DNA of 58,745 nt from Octopus bimaculoides (taxonomy: Eukaryota), in contig NC_068982.1 in assembly GCF_001194135.2 (NCBI RefSeq), positions 9,998,766-10,057,510 on the forward strand, given 5' to 3'. The notes below the pieces were generated by a model. That model was not told the origin of the DNA. It did no database searches and saw only the letters and a list, made by a program, of their open reading frames with translations. Positions 48,416 through 58,745 of the stretch are shown piece after piece (within the stretch, counting starts at the first letter, position 1; each line of letters begins with the position of its first letter). Both the position numbers and the translations under genes were made by a program.

Positions 48416-48815
48416 GTAATAATAATAATAATAATAATCCTTTCTACTAAAGGCATAAGACCTGAAAGGATGAAAGGCAAAGTCCACCTTGGCGGAATTT
48501 GAACTCAGAACATAAAAGATGGACGAAATGTTACGAAGCATTTTGCCCAGCGTGCTAACAATTCTGCCAGCTCACCACCATAATACAAATGATAATAATA
48601 ATCCTTTCTGCTATAGGCACAAGACCTGAAATTTAGGGTGGTGGGTACTAGTTGATTACATCAACTCCAATGATCCACTGGTACTTAATTTATCAACCCC
48701 GAAAGCATGAAAGGTAAAGTCGGCCTCAACGGAACTTGAACTCAGAATGCAAAGGCAGACAAAACACAGCTAAGCATTTCACCCAGCATGCTAACAATTG
48801 TGCCAACTAGCCATC
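48353..48815 (-). mobile_element. Two tandem SINE-B copies with (TTA)n tails; the first is internally deleted
   Basis: (AAT)n at 48353-48437; copies at 48438-48585 and 48597-48815. Confidence 0.82.
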
Positions 48816-48907
48816 TTGGACAATAATCAGAATGATAACAATAATATCAATATTGATTTAAATGTGAATTTAATTTTACTCAAAAACTGTAGTAAAACTG
48901 GAAGCAA

Positions 48908-49120
48908 TCATCATCATCATCGTTTAATGTCCGCTTTCCATGCTAGCATGGGTTGGATGATTTGACTGAAGGACTAGTGAGCCAGATGGCTACACCAGGT
49001 TCCAATCTGATTTGGAAGAGTTTTTACAGCTGGATGCCCTTCCTAACACCAACCACTCTGAGAGTGTAGTGGGTGCTTTTACGTGCCACCAGCACAAAGG
49101 CCAGTCAGGCGGTATTGGCA
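48908..49120 (-). mobile_element. RTE LINE 3' end
   Basis: Family tail signature. Confidence 0.85.
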
Positions 49121-49593
49121 TATGAATCTAAATTTGAACTTAGTTTCATTAAAGATTATCTAAGGTGAAACTACCATTTGTCATATCGGATGTTTTTCAG
49201 AATCTGACTGTAACCAAAACTTGTACTGGTAACTCTGGATGTTAAAATGCTTCTATAAATAAATATTGTCAATGCCAACTGAGTCACCATGGTCATAAAA
49301 CGGAAATCTAAGTCAGAGGCTGACTGCTAAAAATTGCGTTCACAAGCTTCAGCTTGTTGGCTTCTATCAAAAGGTATTTAAAGGCAAAATTCTGTCATTT
49401 CACAACAGTTGTCAATTGTGAAACCATTTAAATGCTTGTAAATGTTATCACATAAACATTTTCCTGAAGATTGTTATGAAATAGGAAAATTATTGTATTA
49501 TTGTGAGATGTAATATTGTAAAAATACAAAAATACATGTGAAAATCTGATTTGATTGACTAATAGATTTTTTTACTCACAATTTTACAGACTT

Positions 49594-49617
<24 letters not shown>

Positions 49618-49640
<23 letters not shown>

Positions 49641-49970
49641 CATCATTTAACGTCCACTTTCTATGCTAGCATGGGTTGGACAATTTGACTGGGGACTGGC
49701 AAACCAGATGGCTACACCAGGCTCCAATCTGATTTGGCAGAATTTCTACAGCTGGATGCCCTTCCTAACGCCAACCACTCTGAGAGTGTAGTGGGTGCTT
49801 TTTACTTGCCACCTGCACAGGAGTCAGTTCAATGTTTTGTTCCCATACCACCAGCACAAGTGCCAATAAGATGAAGCTGGAAACGATCGCGCTCAAATGG
49901 TGCTTCTTATGTGCCACGAGCATAAAAGTGAGACCACTGCTCTAGTAGTGATCCCACTTGGATGGTGCTA
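49618..49970 (-). mobile_element. RTE LINE 3' UTR
   Basis: Family tail plus subunits. Confidence 0.82.
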
Positions 49971-50014
49971 TATATATATATATATATATACACACACATA
50001 CATGTACTGAATGC

Positions 50015-50102
<88 letters not shown>

Positions 50103-50109
<7 letters not shown>

Positions 50110-50345
50110 CAACATCTTCATCATCATTTAACGTCCGTTTTCTGAGCTGGAATGGGCTGGGTGGTTTGACAAGAGCAAGCCTGCCAGGGAGCTGTCCAGA
50201 CTCCAATTGTCTGCTGTGCCATGGTCTCTACGATTTGATGCCCTTCCTAATGTCAACCTCTCTACAGAGTATGCTGGTTGCATTTTATGTGCCACTGGTA
50301 CATTTACACAGCACCGGCATGAGTCCAATTCATGTGGCACCAACG
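50103..50345 (-). mobile_element. RTE LINE 3' end, diverged subfamily
   Basis: CATTTAACGTCCGTTTTC...GATGCCCTTCCTAATG. Confidence 0.75.
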
Positions 50346-50399
50346 CATATAAAAGACAAGCTTGTATGTATGGATGACAGCGATATTTACTTAGATGTG

Positions 50400-50438
<39 letters not shown>

Positions 50439-50727
50439 CATTGTTATTATTTATACATTATTGTTTATGTAAATCATTGTTATTAAAACACATCATTATT
50501 TATATGACATAGCCTCACAACAGCCATGTTACAAAACAGTTTCATGTCAAAATCATTCCAGAAATGGAAAGTAAAAATTTGCAGTTATTGGACATAGCTT
50601 CAGTACCATTAATTGGCTGCCATGAGATTTATAAACTAATGATGAAATAACAATTCTGTCACCTAATATATTAGGTGCCTGTTTCTTTATGACTCTTAAA
50701 AAGTTTGGACAACCCATTTATATATAT

Positions 50728-50758
<31 letters not shown>

Positions 50759-51374
50759 CATGTATATANNNNNNNNNNCAGTAGGACTGAACCTGGAACC
50801 ATCTGACCAGGAAGCAAGTTTATATAATTTCAAAGAAAGTGCTTAGAGACTATGAACTGAGGGGGGAAAAGAAGAAAAAATGAAAAAGAATGGAAGAGTA
50901 ATATTCTTAAGACTATTGATTTGGTTTTGAACAAAGAAATTGTTATGCATCCACATCCATACATTCAAACACTCACACACACACGGAAACGCACACGCAC
51001 ACACACACACACACACATACCTGCACAAACATATTTACACTCAAAGATGAACACACATCTATAAAACAAGAAATTGTCATAATCAGATCAATAAATAGTG
51101 TGTTAGGTAATAAAAAAAATATACTGAAATGGACAGATTCATAAATAGAAAATGATAGATTGAAAGGGAGAGAAAGCCAGCTAGGGGTAGACAGCAGGAC
51201 AGACAGACAGACTGACAAGCAGGCAGGCAGGCAGACCCAATCACAGACAGACAAAGACAGACAAAGACAGACTGATATAGATAGAAAAACTGGCTGACAG
51301 AAATATGTAAGAATGGGAAAATGGATGTAAAATGATTGATATTATATATATATATATATATATCATCATCATCA

Positions 51375-51680
51375 TTGTGGTAAGAAGTTTCCTTCCCAAT
51401 CACATGGTTTTGGGTTCAGTCCTACTCTGTGTCACCTTGAGCAAGTGTCTTCATTACAGCTTCAGGTTGACCAAAGCCTGGATGGATTTGGTTGAGAGAA
51501 TCTGAAATAAGCCAGTCAATGTGTGTGTGTGTGTGTGTGTGTTTTTAAAAGGGACTGACTGAAAATGCACCAGGCTTGAAACATAATAAGTCCCAGAGTT
51601 ATTATGTTTGACAGAAACCTTTCAAGGCAGTGCTCCAGCATGACTGCAGTCCAATGACCAAAACAAGTAACAAGTAAAAA
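51375..51680 (+). mobile_element. SINE-A variant with the middle deleted
   Basis: GTGGTAAGAAGTTT...GGGTTCAGTCC...CCTTGAGCAAGTG, then GTGCTCCAGCATG.C.GCAGTC tail. Confidence 0.72.
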
Positions 51681-51710
51681 AAATATATCCATATACATGT
51701 ATATATATAT

Positions 51711-52080
51711 CATCATCATCATCAGTTTTACACCTATTTTCCTCTTATATGAGTTTTCTCCTGTCCAGCACTTTACCATTTGATCTTTATTATCCCATTC
51801 ATGAAGTTCAGCCTCTCAAGATCACCTTTCTATAGTTTCACGCCTCCTGCTATGGTCATCCTCCTTGACATGCTCCCTCTAAATGAATTACTTAACACAC
51901 TTTATCTAACTCCCATCTTCCATATATGCATCAGTAATCCAAACCAGCTAAGTCTTATCTCTAACACACTGCATCTGATTCCACTTCAATCCAGTTTGTC
52001 TAAGTTGATTTGTGATCTGTGGTTCATGCACATAAATATTATACATCCAATGAAGCAGGCTTGCACAATTTCTTCTCTGC
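51711..52080 (-). mobile_element. RTE LINE ORF C-terminus, degenerate
   Basis: The minus frame RRNCASLLHWMYNIYVHE...LR resembles ERNEASMLRWMCNVSVH; (CAT)n at the 3' end. Confidence 0.7.
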
Positions 52081-52082
52081 CT

Positions 52083-52285
52083 AGGTGGTAAGCTGGCAGA
52101 AACGTTAGCACACTTAGCAGTATGTTGTCTGTCTTTACATTCTGAGTTCAAATTCTGCCGAGGTCGATTTTGCCTTTCATTCTTTAGGGGTCGATAAATT
52201 AAGTACTTCTTGTGTACTGAGGTCAATCTAATTGACTGGCCCCCTCCCCAAAATTTCAAGCCTTGTGCCTAGAGTAAAAAATAAT
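52083..52285 (+). mobile_element. SINE-B, full length
   Basis: GGTAAGCTGGCAGAAACGTTAGCAC...GAGTTCAAATT...GCCTTGTGCCTAGAGTAAAA. Confidence 0.9.
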
Positions 52286-52654
52286 TTTTTTTCTGCCTTC
52301 ACACAACGTCCATATTTCTTCCGCAGTTTTTGATATCAGCCCTTTTAAAAGGGTTGGTATGAAAAGTATGGCGGTAGCTCACTGCTGTTGATGGCAGGAA
52401 GTACCACATTCAGTTTGTAAGAATGGTAGGAAAATGGATAAAAAATCCTGTGCGAGAAGTTCAGGTGGGAAATTTATGTAGAGCTATACCAGCAGGGGTT
52501 GTTTTTTCCCTTCCCTTAACTCTCATGCGCAAATCCAATTAACTGAAATGGATCTATAATACTATATTGTAACTATTTTGATCTCCCTGTTCTGATGACA
52601 TATATATGCCTGGCTGTTTTTTTCTGACTGATGGATCCTTAGCTGACATACATA

Positions 52655-52810
52655 TATCATTTAATACCAGTTTCCCATGCTGACATGGGTTTGACAGGAT
52701 CCAGCAAGCTGAAGGGCTGAGCAGAGTTCCAGTGTCAGCTTTGGCATGTTTTCTACAGCTGGATGCCCTTTCTAATGCCACCTGCCTTACAGTGTGCACT
52801 GGGTCCTTTT
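52655..52810 (-). mobile_element. RTE LINE 3' end
   Basis: Family tail signature. Confidence 0.75.
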
Positions 52811-53293
52811 TTTTTTTTTTGAGCCACCAACACACAAGGAAGGTTGCACAATAAGCTGCTGGAAAAAGATTACAAAGGATTATCCAAAATTCTGATTGAC
52901 TCCTTTTTCTTATACAATATCTGTAAATAACGTCAAACATATAGTGTTCTGTTCCATGATGGTAATATCAACAAAAAAAGTACTCCATTCGATGAGAGAT
53001 AAAAATTATATATGTTTTTACGTGCTACTATTAGATTCATGTGCTGAACGGTGATTTTTAACGCATCTGGTATCCTAGCACAATCATCAGACACTGCCTG
53101 AGTGTACATAAAAACATATATTGTGTTTAGCAAATAATAATTATATGTATATATAGCACAGAATTTTGTCAGTGAACAGGTCGCGGTCTCAAAGCGACGA
53201 AAATATTTTGACAAATTAAATTTAAATGTTGAAGTGAATCTAACGGATTTTGTGTATTATTTTAAATGGCTTATAAACACCTTCCACGCTACA

Positions 53294-53354
<61 letters not shown>

Positions 53355-53429
53355 CTGAGTACACAAACATTTTTCTTTTTTTTTTTTATAATGGTTTCAG
53401 TCATAGAACTGTGGCCATGCTGGATCCCT

Positions 53430-53600
53430 ATCTCAGTTAATTTCCTATCTTGTTGCTTTATGACCGGAAGTAGGTTTATCATTGAGTTTATAGCAGCTGA
53501 TCTTCCCAGAGTGTATCCTTGGACGGTTGGTTGGTCTTTTGCTTCTATATTTCAGTAGACGTTCCTATTTTATCTTGGTATGATAGAGTGTTTTTGCTTG
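53430..53600 (-). mobile_element. Possible CR1-group LINE ORF2 C-terminus, degenerate
   Basis: The minus frame KDQPTVQGYTLGRSAAINS resembles the PDQP..PGY...R.A.SNS ending recalled for CR1-like ORF2. Confidence 0.4.
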
Positions 53601-54025
53601 TGATTCATAATGTGTACTGAGAGCATTTTACCATGACACCAGCTCCAGTTGGCCTGTCATGTCCTCAACAAGGAATGACTAAGTAATGGCACATACAGTA
53701 CCTCTGCTTGTTTTTCTTCCACTTTACAAAGTGCACTGGGTACATTTGTGTCACCTGCTCAAGTGAGTTTGCCTTACACTGGATTCTTATGTTTTCGCTA
53801 ATTAATTGCCGTAGAGATAACTTTTAAGAGTGATTGAATAGCACAGCAAACAAAGATAGGACATAATAGTGACTGATAAGGGTTTGACATATACAAGCAT
53901 ATTATGGTTACATAAGGAAATACTGTGACCCTACCAGCAACTAATACGTTTGCACCAGTTGCCAGGAATGTATGTGATAAGTAAAATTGGTAAATTAAAT
54001 CATGATACACCACTAAATTTGCTGG

Positions 54026-54049
<24 letters not shown>

Positions 54050-54057
<8 letters not shown>

Positions 54058-54079
54058 ACATAAACCATAAATTTGGTGG

Positions 54080-54118
<39 letters not shown>

Positions 54119-54147
54119 CACCAAATTTATGGTTTATGTCAATATAT
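54050..54147. repeat. Palindrome: perfect 30-bp arms around (TA)18
   Basis: ATATATTGACATAAACCATAAATTTGGTGG at 54050-54079 is the exact reverse complement of 54118-54147. Confidence 0.92.
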
Positions 54148-54440
54148 TGTGAGAATATGGTTGCGTGTATTCTTTTTTATCTTTTTTCTACCTGTTAGAG
54201 TAACTTCCCTTTTATTCAACGGATTTTCATAGCATTTATTGCCATTAATAGCTGACAAGAATGCATCATAGCTCTTTGCTCCGACATTCAAAATTCTGAG
54301 TTCTATAATGACATCTTACTGTTTGTTCTAAATTATAATATAGATAAATAATCCTCTATTTATCTAATATCAAGGTCTCATTCTTTTGTTGTTATTTATT
54401 ATCATTATTAATACTATTATTATTATATATAAAATAAATA

Positions 54441-54910
54441 ATGTAAGAAAATGGAGGGTTAAAGATGTATGCTTAATTTATTTGCATCATAGTTTGTGGC
54501 TAAGATATAAATACAAATAAAGTTTTACAAAACACAATAGAAGACTCAGAAAACCTACATATGTTTCGATTTTGGTGATGGGCCAAATTCAAAGAATTTG
54601 GGTTAAATCCAGTGTAAAGAATTTAAGCTTTAAGGAGTAGAATCTCTTCAGGGTTTTTGTTTTAATAATAACAAAGGTTACATCTTACTTGTAGGAATTC
54701 AAATTCACAACCGACTCCTTTCAACTGAAATTCTTAACATTGGATTTAACCCAAATGCTTTGAATTATGCATTACTAAGGGGCCAGAATCGAAACATATG
54801 TAGGTTTTTTTTTGTCTTATATTGTATTTTTCAAAGATTTATTTGTATTCAAAACAAACTATGATGCAAATAAGTTAACTTTACATTGTAAACTCTCCAT
54901 TTTCTTGCAT
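54441..54910. mobile_element. 470-bp foldback or long-TIR MITE, TA-flanked
   Basis: 54441-54638 and 54714-54910 are imperfect inverted arms sharing blocks such as ATTTGCATCATAGTTTGT, AAAACCTACATATGTTTCGATT and ATTTGGGTTAAATCCA; TA at 54439-54440 and 54911-54912. Confidence 0.75.
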
Positions 54911-55552
54911 TATAATAATCCATAATGCAATGTAGAAATCTTTTTCTAATGTGATGGAGATTAACCCAGTGAAATCTTAGATTTATTAATCCCTAATGAG
55001 GATAAGATAGCCTTGAATTGACTATATGTGTTTGTACCACATTATGTGCTCTATATATATAAATATATGTATAGACATATAAATATATGTACATATTCAC
55101 ACATACACCAACTCGCACACAAACACACATGCATATACATCAAGCTGATTTAAAGGCATTCATGTTTATATATGTTAGTGTGAAAATAGATTTAAAAATT
55201 GTGACATTCACGGTATTAAACACACATACACACACACACTCATACAAACACACAAGTATACGCAAATCATGCGACATGTGTATGCATGTACATATATGGT
55301 CATTATCATATGTCCATATATGTGTATAGAAACTTGCAAATGTTTTGGGGGTTTATATTCATGAATGTTAATGATGAGGAGAATTTCCAAAATTGATTTC
55401 TATGAAAGTTTAATTCAATTTTGCTTTCTGTTTTATTCCAGTATGAAAAGATTGTCTTAAACAACTGAAGCCAAAACAAAATAATCTTCCAGTTTCCCAT
55501 GATAAAGTCTTCCAAATATTTTCTTCTTTCCCTCAAGTTTTCAATTTATATA

Positions 55553-55945
55553 TGTGGCTGTGTGGTAAGTAGCTTGCTTACCAACCACATGGTTCCAGGT
55601 TCAGTCCCACTGCATGGCACATTGGGCAAGTGTCTTCTACTATAGCCTCGGGCCGACTAAAGCCTTGTGAGTGGATTTGGTAAATGGAAACTGAAAGAAG
55701 CCTGTCGTGTGTGTATATATGCCTGTGTGTATGTTTGTGTGTATGTTTGTGTGTCTGTGTTTGTCCCCCCACCATTGCTTGACAACCAATGCTGGTGTGT
55801 TTACGTCCCGGTAACTTAGCGGTTTGGCAAAGAGACCGATAGAAGAAGTACTAGGCTTACAAAGAATAAGTTCTGAGGGTGATTTGTTCAACTAAAGGTG
55901 GTGCTCCAGCATGGCCACAGTCAAATGACAAATAAATAAAAGAAA
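55553..55945 (+). mobile_element. SINE-A, full length
   Basis: A box TGGCTGTGTGG, B box GGTTCAGTCCC, microsatellite linker and full tail. Confidence 0.9.
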
Positions 55946-56353
55946 AAACAGAAAGAATATGTGTGTATGTGTGTGTGTGCGTGTGTGTGTGCATATTGAG
56001 TTAGAAAACACAGATCTAATGGATACAAATTAATTTATTAATTAATGAACATAATAACCAACAATTGTTTCTTTTCTCAAATAAGATTAAAATTACAAAA
56101 CAAATTTAAAAATATATTTTTGTAATTTAAGAGAAAAGAAACAATTGCTGGTTAATATGTTGATTAATTAATAAATTAATTTATATCCATTAGATACCAT
56201 TGTTTTCTAACTCAATAACAACGTCTGATATCTTACAATATTCTATATAATATATTTATTGAAGGATTTTCTCTTCATAATCTAATATATTAAACCAGTG
56301 AATCTTGGATAAATATCCCTATAAGAAGTTTGAATATCCTCCTTGTGAATATA

Positions 56354-56480
56354 TAAAAGGGATGTATGAAAAGTTTTGAGCCTTCAGGGCCTTTGAGTCT
56401 TAAAATCTTGTACCTTCATCAGAAGTCTTGTACCATGTTTTATTTTTTTGAGGCTCAAGACTATTCATACACCCCTCATA
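56354..56480. mobile_element. Mariner-like MITE, about 127 bp
   Basis: TAAAAGGGATGTATGAAAAGTTTTGAGCCT versus reverse-complemented right end TATGAGGGGTGTATGAATAGTCTTGAGCCT; TA termini. Confidence 0.7.
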
Positions 56481-56754
56481 TATAGATATGTATATATATG
56501 TGTGTATGTATATGTCTGACTCTTCAATTGCATTTTCTTACCTGCCCTCTTATATGCAGGTGAGATGGGGCGGGGGNNNNNNNNNNNNNNNNNNNNNNNN
56601 NNNNNNNNNNNNNNNNNNNNNNNNNNNNNNNNNNNNNNNNNNNNNNNNNNNNNNNNNNNNNNNNNNNNNNNACTACAAAAAGGATAGAACATCTATTGGC
56701 TATGATGCATAGAGTCATGGAAAGATCCATTTAATGAATATCATTAAAAAAAAC

Positions 56755-56945
56755 ACATTCTAAATGAGATAATTCAGGAATGGTGAGGAGTGAATGATGT
56801 AATCACTGTGTACTGAAAGTACAAGTTCCACAGGGCTGGAAATGTCACAAGATTCACAGACAACAGGTGGACGCATGCAATTGCTGAATAGCATCCAAGA
56901 GATTAGGAAAGGCCACTGAGAAGGCCTCCACAATGAAGGGAAGAC
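56755..56945 (+). mobile_element. RTE-clade ORF C-terminus of a different lineage, degenerate
   Basis: NEIIQEW*GVNDVI...RAGNVTRFTDNRWT...PRD*ERPLRRPP resembles WAGHVAR.TDNRWT...PRD.KRP.GRPP. Confidence 0.72.
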
Positions 56946-57084
56946 AATCTATTCAACAAACTTGAGTCAAAATGGGAAATAATGGTGCAATCAGGACTGA
57001 ATTGGAAGTGCATTGTGACCAGTAGTGTACAACAGCATCTGATGGTCTCGTCGATATTGTGATACTATGAAATATATATGTCAT

Positions 57085-57300
57085 CATCATCAGTTTGATG
57101 TCCACTCTTCTACCTTTGCATGGATCAGCGAGGCATTTTCTGAGGCAGATTTGCTGTAGTTGGATGCTTGTCCTATCATCATGTGGCACACGTTTCCCCC
57201 ATGACTGGACATGTTTTGATGGAAGACTGGAAATGAATGACGCAGCATCTGTGATGGTGACCCATTGACTATCTAGCAATGTCAAGACAAAGGGGTACAA
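57085..57300 (-). mobile_element. RTE-type 3' end, diverged
   Basis: (CAT)n-CAGTTTGATGTCCAC...CTGTAGTTGGATGC. Confidence 0.55.
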
Positions 57301-57334
57301 ACAAACATATGCCTGCATTATCACACGCATGGAC

Positions 57335-57375
<41 letters not shown>

Positions 57376-57384
57376 GACAAAAGG

Positions 57385-57490
57385 CTTCTAGCCATTCACA
57401 AAATTTTGGTCAGTCTCAGGGCATGCTCCACGGTGGAACTGAACCCCAAATCATTTGGTTGTCAAGTAAACTTCATAACCATACTGCTAT
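57385..57490 (-). mobile_element. SINE-A 5' fragment, degenerate
   Basis: GGCATGCTCCACGGTGGAACTGAACCC...TTTGGTTG. Confidence 0.6.
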
Positions 57491-57846
57491 GCTTATATAT
57501 ATCTGTGTGTGTGTGTGTGTGTGTGTGTCTGTGTGTGTATTATATTAGAGGAAAAATAAAAAACCAAGGCAGAATGAGTATCTCAAGTCATTTAGAATAA
57601 CTTAATTAGGGTAAGGTGAATTTTATGTCTTACAGGTGTTTCTGGGATAACCCAAGAGGTAGGTTTGCAAGTACATGCACTGGGTATTCCATCATCAGAG
57701 ACAAGGTATGAATGTTGAAGCCTTACGGTCGACCAACTGTAGCACTTATTCAACATACCTGCTCATTTAGATCACAAGTAAACTAAACCCCTCATATTAT
57801 ATATATCGAAAGAGAGATACAGAGAGAGAGAGACAGACAGAGATGA

Positions 57847-57911
<65 letters not shown>

Positions 57912-58166
57912 CACATAGATGGATAGATAGATAGATAGATAGACATATTGCTATATAGATGTGGAGCATAAAAAGCAGTAATCAAATGTGCAGATCAAAA
58001 GATACTCTTTCTGTAGGCAATATGGAGAGTATGAATTACCAGACAAGTGGAAATCTATTCAACAAAGAGTTCATTTCCACTTTTTTTTTATGGTATCTCT
58101 CTATAGTTGTGCTTCCTTAGATATATTCATATACATGCACAGTACATACAATTATCCAATCCAATC

Positions 58167-58206
<40 letters not shown>

Positions 58207-58219
58207 GTCTGTCTGTCTG

Positions 58220-58281
<62 letters not shown>

Positions 58282-58565
58282 ATGTGTGTCTGTGTATTGT
58301 GTTGTATTAGATTATGCATGTGTGTCTTTCTAAACATGCAACTGCGTATATGGATGTGCATACAATGATCTCTATGTATTTATGTGTATGTGTGCACTCA
58401 TTTTCAGATATTTGATTGTGCATATATTTGTATGAATGTATGAACTTGCATTTCTGTGAATGTTTTTATTTTTTTGCATCTAAATTTCTATATATATAGA
58501 CATGAATAACTTTAATTCAGCTAGAGATAAAAGTGCATTGCCTACCATTGATCATGTATGTATGC

Positions 58566-58596
<31 letters not shown>

Positions 58597-58745
58597 TGGA
58601 TATACATATATATCAAGAGGGACAGAGAGACAGACAGATGAAGAGAGAGAAAGATAGATAAGTAGATAGATATATAGACAAACAAATAGACTGACAGACA
58701 GACAGGTATAGATAGACAGACAGTCAGACAGATTGACAGATAGAC

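Noticed and set aside
855-58368. ORFs rich in YI, TH, CV, LS, N, H or S runs, including the 200-370 aa ORFs at 30666-31781, 40947-41543 and 45869-46940
   Set aside because: They are translations of microsatellites and N-gaps, with no coding signal.

Overview
AT-rich, microsatellite-dense eukaryotic non-coding DNA from a short-read assembly: ten N-gaps, most opening at (TA)n runs. The repeat families look like those of Octopus; this is inferred from recall of octopus tRNA-derived SINEs, not from a search. No host protein-coding gene, rRNA, true tRNA gene or CRISPR array can be supported, and nearly all ORFs in the track are microsatellite, gap or repeat artefacts. The window is a mosaic of retroelements. 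It holds about 28 RTE-clade LINE fragments, including one stop-free 120-codon endonuclease piece and many 5'-truncated 3' ends with a (GAT)n tail, about 22 on the minus strand versus 6 on the plus. It also holds three tRNA-headed SINE families, an R4/Dong-like restriction-like-endonuclease fragment, several MITEs (pogo-, mariner- and piggyBac-like, plus a 470-bp foldback) and a possible solo LTR. The most interesting element is a Penelope-like family seen in four insertions. Its 3' end reads: GIY-YIG-type C-terminus, stop, tRNA-like Pol III A/B boxes, (AAT)n linker, minimal type I hammerhead ribozyme, 3' stem-loop. The roughly 300-nt tRNA-head plus hammerhead unit also occurs without the ORF, and two insertions carry inverted partial copies that stop at nearly the same nucleotide.
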